A DNA stretch of 64,000 nucleotides from Candidatus Latescibacterota bacterium (GCA_965242865.1 CBDETK010000013.1:5248001-5312000); one strand, 5' to 3'; positions 10,801 to 20,142 are shown, counted from the stretch's first letter. Notes: generated by a model not told the origin, from the sequence alone. Program-made: numbers and translations.

Positions 10801-11203
10801 TCTGAAGGATTTGTAGGAGACGATTGCCCTGCTGACCGCTGCGATACGGTTCCTCGCGGCAGGCGTCGGGCTTGCCACGCTCTCGCTTGACCCACTGCCA
10901 GACTTGGAGAGTGTGTTCGGCGTCGATGAAGATGATAATATGTTCGAACGCCAGCTTGGCGACTTGGCGTTCTATCTTTCGTCTGATCGGGTACGATGGG
11001 ACTGAGCCATCGGCATCCGCGCCGCAGACATAGACGACGAAACTAGCCTTCTCCGCCACAGGTTCCAGCGCGTAGTCATGCCCGTCCAGCGAGATCCGTA
11101 CCGATTCGGCCTCGTAGTGGTTCCACCCTAAGCCTTCCACAAGGAGGCTTCGGAAGTCAAAGCTGTGGAGGTATGGGCGAAGTTGATCGGTATCTGCTTG
11201 CAT
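7868..11203 (-). CDS. Large N6-adenine DNA methyltransferase (Eco57I-like, gamma order) with C-terminal TRD
   Basis: VPFLNGGLF, GAYYT, VLDPTCGSGAFL, GFDVIVGNPPY. Confidence 0.88.
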   Translation of the reverse strand: MQADTDQLRPYLHSFDFRSLLVEGLGWNHYEAESVRISLDGHDYALEPVAEKASFVVYVCGADADGSVPSYPIRRKIERQVAKLAFEHIIIFIDAEHTLQVWQWVKRERGKPDACREEPYRSGQQGNRLLQILQTIAFSLESEEGLSVTKVASRVRQAMDVEKVTKQFYERFRKELDAFQGFIDGITEQGDREWYASLMLNRMMFIYFVQKQGFLDDDTDYLRNRLHMVQQTEGGAGRFQQFYRIFLLRLFHEGLGQPESERAPELAALLGKVPFLNGGLFDVHDLERDNPDISIPDEAFERVFAFFEGYRWHLDERSRGEDNEINPDVLGYIFEKYINQKQMGAYYTKEDITGYITRNTVIPFLFDAAKKKCPVAFLPDGGVWRLLQDDPDRYIYPAVAHGVAWRYSPDVDPERLEQPIELPEEIAAGIDDVSKRGGWNTPAADEYALPTETWREVVARRQRYAEVREQLASGKVQNVNDLITLNLDIEQFAKDVIVQSEGPELLRAFWHGMRDVSVLDPTCGSGAFLFAALNILEPLYTACLEGMQGFRDDLERSERPHHPKTLSDFRDVLEEVKKHPSSRYFILKSIVLNNLYGVDIMEEAVEICKLRLFLKLVAQLETYDQIEPLPDIDFNIRPGNTLVGFTSLEEIRQTLSGDLIKQLALPDIEERAEIAAQAFRMFQRMQTVEGMDAGDFAAAKVELRERLDGLRGELDSYLATEYGVKPDDETAYQKWRTSHQPFHWFVEFYDVMHRGGFDVIVGNPPYVSKRKVSESYTTKGFRTAVCPDIYAMVVERSLSLCGANGRISMIVPLSLTFSSDFADLRLLLYQDCGLSWFASFGRIPSALFSFDTRVRNTIFLGHKSSKSPRRCFTTRLHRWFDSERPALFDRLWYSVFSPEAFEGLVPKIGSARLLQSIEALLEGGDYRLRNELSHRRNEGYPLHFKQTAYNWLTFCVKQPPAFGAGARPISQTQYGTVRFLQQDNRDLIMLLGNSLIMFVWWIAVGDDFHVTQNSFTSAPFGPRQLNGRQQKRLLTSLPELQNAMNENLVFKLNAGKNIGNFNLARCRHITDRTDKIWLEALGLSDLWEEIELEHSLVVRTSFEDKQERADK

Positions 11204-14200
11204 CAGGCACCCCCTCTGTCTGTGTCAAAGAGTCCCAAGGAGCAGATGATTCGCGGTTCCTGGACCTCAGCGGTGTCCCTGTCCGTTACGCACAGCCGGT
11301 CATCGTTCCACAAGGCAATGACTATATCGGCAAGTTGAGCGTTGTCAATTCCACTGCGGAGCTGCCGATTTAAGGTATCGACTGCTGATTGGCGAAGGGG
11401 ATGCCGGTAAATGTCGTCGAGGGCCTTGTGTAATGAGTCAGTGTCAAACAACAGGCCCTCAATGTCGTCCGCGTACTCTTTGAGTCGGGTATAGGTGCGG
11501 AAACGTGCGCCGGAGGGCTGCCCAAGCTGGCCGCCGATTCTCTTCTCCACTTTCGCGATGTGCTTGACACCAGCGGCGACGAGTTGGTGGTGGCTATCGT
11601 GATGAGGTTGCGCGGAGGTTTCCGGCCTGCACTCTGCGGCGGAGAGGATTTCGAGTTGGGATTCGGTGATGCTCTCGCCGTTTCTGCCAACGTATGCGAG
11701 GGCGTCGTTGCCGTCTGCCGTGCGCGTGAAAACGAGGACTCCCTCCGGGCGCTGCGCGATGGGCGTGTGCTGCCGCGATGAGAACACCACGTCAGGTAGC
11801 CCAGAGATGGCTTTCTCTAGTGTTGGATCCGCGCTAATGGCGTTCTTCCATATCTGGTAGGCATAAGACGCGAGATCAACCTCGCCATCGGGGTCGCCAT
11901 CGAGAATGCCGGCCCGCTCGTGGTAGAGATTGAGAATGGTCTGATCGTCGGCCTCATCCTCGAAGAACACCTCGTCCGCGCCGACGACCTCAGCGTTTTC
12001 TTGGAGGCGCGACTTAACTCGGTTCCGAAGGTTGATAATGCGTTCGACGCCTTCGGCTGGCAGAAACGAGTAGCAAAGTATCTCCTCGGCCTGCTGGCCA
12101 ATGCGGTCAACTCGCCCAGCACGCTGGATTAGCCGGATAATGGCCCACGGCAAGTCGTAGTTCACGATTATCGAGCAGTCTTGGAGGTTTTGGCCTTCGC
12201 TCAACAGATCGGTAGAGATGACGATCCTAAGTTCTCGTTCTGGCTTAATCACGTCCTGCTTCTCGTTGCTCACCGGACTAAAACGCCACGCTATCTCCGC
12301 CGGGTTGGGCGAGTCCCCGGTAACACCTGTCATCGCTTCTACGCCCTTGCGCTCAAGCTGGCCTTCGAGATAACGGACGGTGTCGGCGAATTGGGAGAAA
12401 ACAAGCACCTTCTTGTCTGGAAAGGTCTCTATCAGGAGCTTCTGGAGAGCTTTCAGCTTGGCATCGTGCGCCGGGTTCCAATTTCCATATCTCTGGAGCA
12501 CTTGTAGGAGGGCGTCAATGTCCGACTGGAGATCGGCCTCTAATGCCTTGCCGAAAAGGTCGGGACGGAGCCAGCTAAAGCGTTTTTTGTAGCGTTTTGA
12601 ATACTCTGCGTACCCTTCGGCGGCCCGAGCCTCAAAATCGGGTGCAGTCCAAGACCCCACCTCTGTCGCTGCCGAATCTCCGACTTGGATCTCTTGCTGG
12701 TCGTCGTCAGGATCGAACATGCTTCCTTGTGCTTGGTCTATATCGGAATCGGTGAACCTAGAATCAAGCATTTCGGCATCCTGTGTACCAATCGGTAGCG
12801 GAAGGCCATTCCGAACTGCATGAAGGAATACGCAGTTCCGCAGGATGTGCCGATTCACAGACTGCAAGAAGGCCCAGCCACTGCTTTCGAGACGCTTGAA
12901 CAGATTTATCCGGCAGAACCCTATGAGCCGTTTCCCCGCTCGCGAGAGATTCTGGATGTGCTGTTTCTCCGTTGACGATGGGGGAATCGCCGGTGAATCA
13001 GCCACGTACGTACCTAGTCCGTATCGCGGCAGACTCAACGCACCGATAACATCAACCACAGCTTGGGAGTATAGTTTGGCGTACCGGTCTGTAGGGTCCG
13101 ACTCGTCAATGGTGAACTTGATGGTCTTAGGAACGCGAGTTGGGAAAAACGACTTGCTTCCGTCCTCGTAGGTCAGGTACTTCCGACTTGTCTCGGCATC
13201 GGTTTCGGCGTAGTTGTCTTGGATGAAGCTGCGCGTCCGTCGCACCATGTACAAGCGCATCAGGTCACGCCAATCATCGGCGTATTCACTGAATTCAAAA
13301 GCCGCAAGCGTTCGCGGGTTCGCTTGGTGCGTAGCACTAAAATTGACCTCGCCCAGGTCTTTGAGGAGTTGCTCCGGGCGAACGCCAAGATCCTGCTCTC
13401 CATCGACGAAGAGGCGTAGCTGGCTGGACAAGTCGAGATAGGTCTTGTTATACGGAGTCGCCGATAGCAAGATGCACTTGCTGTCGTTCTCTTGGATGTA
13501 TTCCTGTATCGCCCGGTATCGCTTGCCGCTTTTGTTGCGGAGGTTGTGGCTCTCATCAATGAGGACCAACCGATAGCGGCGGATCTTGGGCAACTCGCCG
13601 ATTACCTTGCTGAGCGAGAGAACCTGCGCCCTTAGACGGTACTGGTGTGCGTAATCCTCCCACATGCTCACGAGATTCTTGGGGCAGATTATCAGGGTCT
13701 CCAGTCCGTAGTCGTCCTCGAAGATACGGGCGACCGCCGTGGCCATCAGCGTCTTGCCAAGCCCAACCACATCGCCGATTAGGACGCCGCCGCGCTTGTT
13801 CAGGTGGAGAGCCGCTATCTTCACTGCGGCGGTCTGGAAGTCGAACATGCGGTTCCCGAAGTCTCGGGGAATCTGGAACTCGGCGAGACCTGCCCGAGCC
13901 TCGTGAGACAGGTGATAGGCCATTTTGAGATAGACCCAGTACGGTGGTATCAGATCCTGCCGTGCCCAACTCTCCTCGATAATTTTGATCAACTCTTCGG
14001 TGATGTCCATGCAGAACTTGTCGGTCCACCTATCTTCAAACCACTTGCTCAGCTTCTTACAGGCGTCTTGATCGAGCACATCCACGTTGAGTTCACCTTG
14101 GCCTGAAAGCCCCGCGAAGGTAAGATTGCTGCTGCCAAGATACCCCACCACGGGACTAACGGGATCGGAGCGAAAACACAGGTATAGCTTTGCGTGAAGT

Positions 14201-14607
14201 GGGTGCCTGAGAAAGAGTTTGACCGCTACTTTGCCAGCCCTGAGCTGGCTGACCAGTCGTTGCAAGGCGGCTTCGTCGTTGTTTGTCGGTACACCAGTCA
14301 CCAACTGATCGCGAAACTCTTCAGCGCAACGCTGTTTCAGGCGAATCGCGGCTTGGTTGTCAATGCCCCGATTATCCAGCGGACTGAACATTTCGCGGAG
14401 CTCGTCATGTGGAAGCCTGTGCATACCCACCAGCACACGTGCTTGGTTGCCTTCCGGCCAGCGCTCTATGTATGAGTCAATGTTCTTCCATCCGCGCAAG
14501 TTGAAGTATCCGACGCAGAAGTCTGCGCGAGCGGACAGCCCTAGAGTCGTCTGGAGAACGGGCAGAAGAGTGGAGTCAGGCGTCAGGTTGTCGAGAATTT
14601 GCGGCAT
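11203..14607 (-). CDS. PLD (HKD) nuclease-SNF2-type helicase fusion
   Basis: LHAKLY...GSSNLT (single HKD), DVVGLGKT, DESH, SAT, LLSEGQNLQ, QRAGRVDRIG; TGATG coupling to the MTase. Confidence 0.88.
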   Translation of the reverse strand: MPQILDNLTPDSTLLPVLQTTLGLSARADFCVGYFNLRGWKNIDSYIERWPEGNQARVLVGMHRLPHDELREMFSPLDNRGIDNQAAIRLKQRCAEEFRDQLVTGVPTNNDEAALQRLVSQLRAGKVAVKLFLRHPLHAKLYLCFRSDPVSPVVGYLGSSNLTFAGLSGQGELNVDVLDQDACKKLSKWFEDRWTDKFCMDITEELIKIIEESWARQDLIPPYWVYLKMAYHLSHEARAGLAEFQIPRDFGNRMFDFQTAAVKIAALHLNKRGGVLIGDVVGLGKTLMATAVARIFEDDYGLETLIICPKNLVSMWEDYAHQYRLRAQVLSLSKVIGELPKIRRYRLVLIDESHNLRNKSGKRYRAIQEYIQENDSKCILLSATPYNKTYLDLSSQLRLFVDGEQDLGVRPEQLLKDLGEVNFSATHQANPRTLAAFEFSEYADDWRDLMRLYMVRRTRSFIQDNYAETDAETSRKYLTYEDGSKSFFPTRVPKTIKFTIDESDPTDRYAKLYSQAVVDVIGALSLPRYGLGTYVADSPAIPPSSTEKQHIQNLSRAGKRLIGFCRINLFKRLESSGWAFLQSVNRHILRNCVFLHAVRNGLPLPIGTQDAEMLDSRFTDSDIDQAQGSMFDPDDDQQEIQVGDSAATEVGSWTAPDFEARAAEGYAEYSKRYKKRFSWLRPDLFGKALEADLQSDIDALLQVLQRYGNWNPAHDAKLKALQKLLIETFPDKKVLVFSQFADTVRYLEGQLERKGVEAMTGVTGDSPNPAEIAWRFSPVSNEKQDVIKPERELRIVISTDLLSEGQNLQDCSIIVNYDLPWAIIRLIQRAGRVDRIGQQAEEILCYSFLPAEGVERIINLRNRVKSRLQENAEVVGADEVFFEDEADDQTILNLYHERAGILDGDPDGEVDLASYAYQIWKNAISADPTLEKAISGLPDVVFSSRQHTPIAQRPEGVLVFTRTADGNDALAYVGRNGESITESQLEILSAAECRPETSAQPHHDSHHQLVAAGVKHIAKVEKRIGGQLGQPSGARFRTYTRLKEYADDIEGLLFDTDSLHKALDDIYRHPLRQSAVDTLNRQLRSGIDNAQLADIVIALWNDDRLCVTDRDTAEVQEPRIICSLGLFDTDRGGA

Positions 14608-14631
14608 GGCTTGGGCTGTCTTGGAATAAAG

Positions 14632-15531
14632 CTACTCCTCAGCAGTCCGAGTGACGCCCTGCAACCGCGCCGGCACCCCCACCGGCACTCCGCCGCGACA
14701 CACCACCGGAAAGTGCGGGCCGGCCTCGGCCATGGGCGCGCCGTCGGGCAAATCGACGAACTGCTTCATCAGGTGCTCGCCGCTTTGATCAAAACGCGCC
14801 GCGCCGGTCATGTAGTGGATGGCAATGGCGCGCCGGGGCCGGTGCGACTGATTGAAGGGCGAGCCGTGCCAAGTCAGGGAATGATGGAAGGAGACTTCCC
14901 CGCGCAACACCGGCCACGGCCGAGCCTCAACCTCGTCAATCTCGGCGTCGGCGGGCGGGGTAAAGCCCTGCAAGTCCTTGAAGTTTTCCAACAGCGACAA
15001 ATTGCCCTGCGTGCGCAAAAACGCAATCTGGTTGCCCCACTTGTGGCTGCCGGGCACCATCCACATACAGCCGTTGTCCTCGGTCGCGTCGTCCAAGGGA
15101 ATCCACGCCGAGACCGGCGTCATCGGCTTGATGATCGGCCACAAGGGCGCGTCTTGGTGCCAGTAAGTGGAGCCGCCGTAACGGGCGGGTTTGTACTGGA
15201 TCTGGTCGTGCCAGACCATGAGGTCGTCGTGGCCGGTGAGTTGGCTGATCCCGCGGACGACGGCCGGGTGGTAAATCAGCCGCTCCCAAGCCGGCGCAGC
15301 TTCCCAGATATTGACAATCTGCCACACCGGATGCTCGCTGACGCCGGCCCCGCCGGCTAGGTCGCGGAAGGATACTGGCCGCGCCTCGCCCACGGCAAAG
15401 CCGTCCGGGCCTTTGGCCAAAATTTCGTCGAGCGCGTCGCTCAATTCGCCTAATTCCTCGTCGGAGAGCACGCGCCCGCCGTTGAGAAAGCCGTTGCGGT
15501 GGAATGCGTCAATCTGTGCTTGTGCGAGCAT
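14632..15531 (-). CDS. Phytanoyl-CoA dioxygenase (PhyH) family protein
   Basis: QIDAFHRNGFL, WHQD, WIPLDD...NGCM..VPGSH, HHSLTWHGS..N.S..PRRA; start ATG 15531 with RBS. Confidence 0.9.
   Translation of the reverse strand: MLAQAQIDAFHRNGFLNGGRVLSDEELGELSDALDEILAKGPDGFAVGEARPVSFRDLAGGAGVSEHPVWQIVNIWEAAPAWERLIYHPAVVRGISQLTGHDDLMVWHDQIQYKPARYGGSTYWHQDAPLWPIIKPMTPVSAWIPLDDATEDNGCMWMVPGSHKWGNQIAFLRTQGNLSLLENFKDLQGFTPPADAEIDEVEARPWPVLRGEVSFHHSLTWHGSPFNQSHRPRRAIAIHYMTGAARFDQSGEHLMKQFVDLPDGAPMAEAGPHFPVVCRGGVPVGVPARLQGVTRTAEE
14638..14672 (+). repeat. Right copy of 35-bp direct repeat bounding defence island 1
   Basis: ctcagcagtccgagtgacgccctgcaaccgcgccg; lies in the last codons of the PhyH-family gene. 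Confidence 0.92.
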
Positions 15532-15557
15532 CGTCCATCCTTTCGGGGTAAAGCGTC

Positions 15558-18047
15558 TTACTGCATTCGCCGGAGCAGCTCGCCCCGCGCCTCGTTGAAC
15601 AGGCCAATCAGCCGCTGGCGGATCGCCTCGTCGCGGAAAACGCCCATCCGCTCGGCCCAAGCGATGCCGCCGTCAAGGTGCGTCAGCAGGTACTGACCCT
15701 CGGCCGGCACAAAGGCCCCGCGTCGGCCCACGTCGATGTAAATCGGCGAGGAATGGGCCATCACCGGACCAGCGTCCGTGTAGTGCGGCCCCCAGCAGCG
15801 CGCCGCAACCCAGCAGGAGCGCTCGGCCTTGAGCGCGAACCGCAGCTCGATCTGCCGGGCAGCCGGGGCGACCACCTCGCGTGCCACGGACGCGCCATTG
15901 CAAATGAGCTCCAGCCCGGCAAGCGGCCAAACGCTTTCGGCCACCGCCACGACCTCGACCGTGCCGCCGGTGCCGGGCAGGTCCAGTTCCTCGCCCATCT
16001 CCCGGCCCTCGACCGTTAGGTCGATCATCGCGCCGGTGCTGGCAAACGCTTGGCCGCGGCGCACGGCTTGGCACCAGTTGGCAAAGGTAAACTCCTCGCC
16101 GGCGCGCAGTTTGACGTACGTGCGCGAGCCGCCCAAAATGCGGCCGTTGGACATCTTGTCCGTGCCACCGACCAGCGGCAGCTTCTGGCCCACGTTGAGC
16201 CAGCGGTAGTAGCCTTGCTCGGCCGAGCTGATCTTTTCGCCCTCCCAAACCCAGCACATCTCGCCGGCGTCGGCGTGGCCCAAGACGATGTTGGCCGCGT
16301 TTTCAAAATCGGGCAGCGGTATGTGCGGCATAACGACCAACCCGCCCTGCTTTTTGCACTCCTCGGCCCAATCGGCCATCAGCGCATCCACGGACCCGCC
16401 GACCCAATCCTCGCTGGCGCCGCCAGTGCAGATGGGCGCGACCAGTTCCTTGAGCCCGAGCAGGCTGATGTGGCCGAGCACGTGCTGCCGGTTTTCTTGG
16501 CTGACCCAAACCAAGTGGTTGTCGCTGCTAGTCGGGGCCAAGCCGCCGGTAAACTCCTCCCACGAGGTAAAGAGCCGGCCCCACTGGCTGGCCAACAGAT
16601 GCACCACATTGAGGTCTTCGGCCTCGGCCTCTAAGTGGGCCGACTGGGAGGACAGGAAATGCACGTGGGTATCCCCCGAATAGTAGCCGCGCTGCTTCAT
16701 GTCCAAGGCGCGTTTGACCTTGAGCGTCAGGGCGCGCTGACCGGGCTTGATCTCGACTCGCTGGCGCAGCGGCTGGTACTCAAAGCCGCGCACGACTTCG
16801 GCGTACACCGGGCCGATGGGCAAGTCGATCTGGCAGGTGCCGTCGATGTAAGCGTAGGGCACGCCCCCGGTCTTGCAATCGCCGCCCACGTCCTCAAACC
16901 ACGCCACATTGACGTCGGCTTGGTGCCCGTGCGGGGCCAGATAGGCCCCGTGCTCCGAGCGGAAGTGGACGCGGGTTCCCACGGGCTGGCCGGTGTCCGC
17001 GTCCTCAACCCGCACGTGGACCCACTGCTTGCCGGTGGGGGCGACGACCTCGATTCGCACCTTGCCTTGGGCGACTTTCTTCTCTTTGAGCACCTCGCCC
17101 CAGCCGATGCGCTCTTCGACATCGTCTCCGGCCTTAATCGCGAGCTGACCGGCGGCTGAGCCGTGGATTTCCAGATAGCCGCCGGCAACTGCTGCTTGGC
17201 CGCCTCGGCCCCAGCCGGCTTCCTCGGAAGTGAGAAAATCCGCGCTCGGCACCCAGAGTTGATCGCGGCGCACGATTTCGCCGCGCTCCATCGCCACTTC
17301 GGGCACTCCTTCGGCCTCGACCCGCAGGGCCACCTCCTGCCGCGCTGGCCAAGCAAAAGGATCGCCCTCCTCGTGGCAGAGCGTAAGACCGGCCACCGCG
17401 AGGGCCGCCGGGCTAGCCGCCAATACTGTGACCGCCGCAATCTCCGCGTCGGGCGCGGGATTTTCCCAGTCGTAGAGCCACCAGCCCTGCAAGTCGCTGC
17501 CCTCGCGGGTAAAAGCCCCGGTCTGCACCATGCCATAGCCGTGCTCGCGACTGTCTAGCGGCACGGAGTAGAAGTGGCGGCAATTGCGGCAGAGAAAGGG
17601 ATGGTGCCCCCAAGGGACCTGCGCGTCGTGGATTTCAAAGCGGCGGCGCAGCGGCTGCTCAACGGTGTGGCCATCGGCATAGCGGACGTGATAGGTTCCG
17701 ATTGCCTCGCCCGTGCCTTCGACCGTGGTCGAGGCCCCCGGCACCGGCGCACAAGCGTGGGCGTAGAGGATGCGACGCGCCTTGGCATGTATCGGAATCT
17801 CGGCCGCTTCGCGCACCGCGCCCCCGGCCTTTTGCGCGACCAACACCACGGCCTTGGCCGCCCCGGCCGCGGCCAAGCGAAAGGGCACCCCCCAAAACTG
17901 CTGCTCGCCCCAAGGCAGCCCCACGAGCGGGGTATGGTCGGGCGCGTCGGCGGGTGCCGGCCACAGCAGGCCGCCTTCGGACTCAACATTGCCGACGCCG
18001 GCATTATACGCTGCACTCAGGTCCAACGGCACAAATGCGTCGCTCAT
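15558..18047 (-). CDS. CehA/McbA-family (PHP-like) metallohydrolase
   Basis: SGDTHVHF, QENRQHVLGH, GGTDKMS, GGSRTY, AHSSPIY. Confidence 0.75.
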   Translation of the reverse strand: MSDAFVPLDLSAAYNAGVGNVESEGGLLWPAPADAPDHTPLVGLPWGEQQFWGVPFRLAAAGAAKAVVLVAQKAGGAVREAAEIPIHAKARRILYAHACAPVPGASTTVEGTGEAIGTYHVRYADGHTVEQPLRRRFEIHDAQVPWGHHPFLCRNCRHFYSVPLDSREHGYGMVQTGAFTREGSDLQGWWLYDWENPAPDAEIAAVTVLAASPAALAVAGLTLCHEEGDPFAWPARQEVALRVEAEGVPEVAMERGEIVRRDQLWVPSADFLTSEEAGWGRGGQAAVAGGYLEIHGSAAGQLAIKAGDDVEERIGWGEVLKEKKVAQGKVRIEVVAPTGKQWVHVRVEDADTGQPVGTRVHFRSEHGAYLAPHGHQADVNVAWFEDVGGDCKTGGVPYAYIDGTCQIDLPIGPVYAEVVRGFEYQPLRQRVEIKPGQRALTLKVKRALDMKQRGYYSGDTHVHFLSSQSAHLEAEAEDLNVVHLLASQWGRLFTSWEEFTGGLAPTSSDNHLVWVSQENRQHVLGHISLLGLKELVAPICTGGASEDWVGGSVDALMADWAEECKKQGGLVVMPHIPLPDFENAANIVLGHADAGEMCWVWEGEKISSAEQGYYRWLNVGQKLPLVGGTDKMSNGRILGGSRTYVKLRAGEEFTFANWCQAVRRGQAFASTGAMIDLTVEGREMGEELDLPGTGGTVEVVAVAESVWPLAGLELICNGASVAREVVAPAARQIELRFALKAERSCWVAARCWGPHYTDAGPVMAHSSPIYIDVGRRGAFVPAEGQYLLTHLDGGIAWAERMGVFRDEAIRQRLIGLFNEARGELLRRMQ

Positions 18048-18116
18048 TGCGGTTTCCTTTCTAACGGTGAAGGGCCGCTCAATATATTCCGGCCAGAATT
18101 CCCGAACAAGGCGGCC

Positions 18117-18251
18117 TCAGTGCGGCACCCCTAATTGGTGCATCCGGCGGTGAATCTCCGCCCGCGCTTGGTGGAAGGGCCGCTCCAGATAGGCGAGGTG
18201 ATCCGCCTCGCCGTGGTGGTGCGTGACGGCGTCGCGCAGATGTCGGAGCAT
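18117..18251 (-). pseudogene. C-terminal remnant of a CehA/McbA-type paralog (44-aa ORF)
   Basis: Reads MLRHLRDAVTHHHGEADHLAYLERPFHQARAEIHRRMHQLGVPH*; F..AR.E..RRM matches the end of the adjacent 829-aa protein (FNEARGELLRRMQ). Confidence 0.55.
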
Positions 18252-18280
18252 CTAGCACCGAATGCACACCGCGCCGCGCC

Positions 18281-19192
18281 CTAGGCCCGGTACGGCTCGC
18301 CCGTGCGCCGCAGCTTCTTGGTCACCGCGATCTGACAGGTCGCGTACCCGCCCATGTAGCCGGTGGCAAAGCCTGGGCGCGCATCCCCAATGGTGCCGAC
18401 GATCATGTTGGCGTATTCGTACGTGGTGTCGTAGCGGTCGCAGATCAGGGCCACCATTTCGAGCCAAGCCGCTTTGAGCGCGTCGCCCCACTCGGCCGCC
18501 CGCGCACTCGTGAGGTATTCCTCGGCGTCTTCCACAACCCGAGTCGTCTCCACCACCGGGCTGCTGGTGGGAAACCCGGGCGAGCGATTGACCTTGAGCG
18601 TGATGGCCGAGTCGATCTCAACGCCGGCCCCAGTCAACTCGCCGTCGCCCATGCGCGCATGGACATCGCCCAACGACAGCAATCCCCCGGGCTTTTGTGC
18701 GCGGATGTGGACGGTGCTGCCGGGCTGGATGGCGTTGAAATCCATGTTGCCGCCGTGATCTATGGCGTTGGGGGCCCACGATTCGAGCTGGACGACGCCG
18801 ATCATGGGCCGCACCGGCACGACAAAATCCGGCGGAAAGTGGATCAGTCCGTCGCGCACCGGGGCCACGCAGCGCCAATTGCCCCAGTTGGGACCGCCGT
18901 TGCGGTAGAAGCCGTAGGGGCCGACCTCAATAGCGATGATCTCGATGGCGACCCAATCGTCCGGCTCAATGCCCTCGATGAGAAAGGGGCCGCCGGGGCG
19001 GGCGTAGCGGCGATGGCTCTCCCCAGAAGTAATCATGCCGGCGCGGGTCTCGCCGGCCGCTTCAAAGTCGTTGTCCGCTCCGCCAATGGTCTCGATGAGG
19101 ACGGTTTCGCCGAGTGCCAACGTGCCGCGCACTTGGCCGATTGCCGGGTCGTCCGGTCCGCTGTAATGGGGGGTGCGGGTAAAGCGACGCAT
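18281..19192 (-). CDS. Acetamidase/formamidase family protein
   Basis: GPFLIEG, PVRPMIGV, HGGNMD, LSLGDVHARMGDGE; start ATG 19192 with AAGGAG. Confidence 0.85.
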   Translation of the reverse strand: MRRFTRTPHYSGPDDPAIGQVRGTLALGETVLIETIGGADNDFEAAGETRAGMITSGESHRRYARPGGPFLIEGIEPDDWVAIEIIAIEVGPYGFYRNGGPNWGNWRCVAPVRDGLIHFPPDFVVPVRPMIGVVQLESWAPNAIDHGGNMDFNAIQPGSTVHIRAQKPGGLLSLGDVHARMGDGELTGAGVEIDSAITLKVNRSPGFPTSSPVVETTRVVEDAEEYLTSARAAEWGDALKAAWLEMVALICDRYDTTYEYANMIVGTIGDARPGFATGYMGGYATCQIAVTKKLRRTGEPYRA

Positions 19193-19238
19193 ACGCGATC
19201 TCCTTTGGAAAATTGGGGCGGTGGGTACGTGGCAATCC

Positions 19239-20033
19239 CTAGTGCCGCTCGGCAAACGGAAAGGTCCCGTCGTACCCGAGCGCGGCCATGGCCGGCAGGG
19301 GCGAGCTGACAAAGGGAATCCCCGGGAACATGGGCGTCTGCTGGTAGTGTAGCACCACGTTGCAGCGGATGGGGGCGTCGGCCTCTTCCCGCAGCTTCGC
19401 GCCCTGATGCGGGATGTGGCTGAAGAACACCACGGCGTCGCCGGTCATGGGATGGAGGTGGATGTGCTCCTGTCGATCGCACCACTGGTAAAAGGGGTTG
19501 TCGGAATTGTACCCGCCTAGGTGGCGGATTTCTTCTGGCAGGGCGTTGTGGCAGAAGTTGTTGATAAAGGTCAAACGCCCGGTCTCGGGCGCGTTGTCCG
19601 TCAGGTAAAACGTGGTGTTTATGCACAGGGGCCGCAGCGCGTGCCGCGCCTCGTCGGGCGCGTCCCAATAATAGCCAAAGTCCTTGTGCCATTCTTGGGT
19701 ATAAGCCCCCGGATTGATGTGTGCCCGAAAGCTCCGCAACTGACATTGCCGCCCGAGCATGGCCTGCAAATACGGCGCGACCGAGGAGTGGCCGACCATG
19801 GGCCGAGCCAGCTCGGGTTCCTGTTCCAGCAAGTGGTCAAAAGCCACATTGCCCACCTCGTTGCTAATGTCCCATTCCCGCCGCTCGTACTTCCGCACCA
19901 AGCACGCCCGCCAAGCCAGCACCTCGTCTTCGGGCAGCGCGTTGCGCACCAATAGAAAGCCGTGCCGGTCGAGCGCGTCGAGTTGGTCGTCGAGCGCGGG
20001 AATTTGGGCCGTATCGGCGATGATTTCGCTCAT
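19239..20033 (-). CDS. Phytanoyl-CoA dioxygenase (PhyH) family protein
   Basis: LDRHGFLLVRNAL, WHKD, FYLTD, GDAVVF..H.PHQG; start ATG 20033 with AAGGAG. Confidence 0.8.
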   Translation of the reverse strand: MSEIIADTAQIPALDDQLDALDRHGFLLVRNALPEDEVLAWRACLVRKYERREWDISNEVGNVAFDHLLEQEPELARPMVGHSSVAPYLQAMLGRQCQLRSFRAHINPGAYTQEWHKDFGYYWDAPDEARHALRPLCINTTFYLTDNAPETGRLTFINNFCHNALPEEIRHLGGYNSDNPFYQWCDRQEHIHLHPMTGDAVVFFSHIPHQGAKLREEADAPIRCNVVLHYQQTPMFPGIPFVSSPLPAMAALGYDGTFPFAERH

Positions 20034-20142
20034 GGGAAAGCTCCTTTCTATACTAGGGTTGTGTTGTATAGCAATCCTAAATGCCTTGAAAGCATGGAAT
20101 GTTGATCGGCGCAGTCTTTTTTGCATTGAGGTGTCATTTGTA

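Larger units (their letters stand above)
2968..14672. mobile_element. Direct-repeat-flanked defence island (~11.7 kb), no integrase visible
   Basis: Five co-oriented defence-type genes, visibly lower GC than the flanks, bounded by a 35-bp direct repeat between convergent creD and phyH-like 3' ends. Confidence 0.7.

Noticed and set aside
7868-14607. Calling the module DISARM or BREX
   Set aside because: No DrmA/DrmB (DUF1998), PglZ or BrxC genes present.
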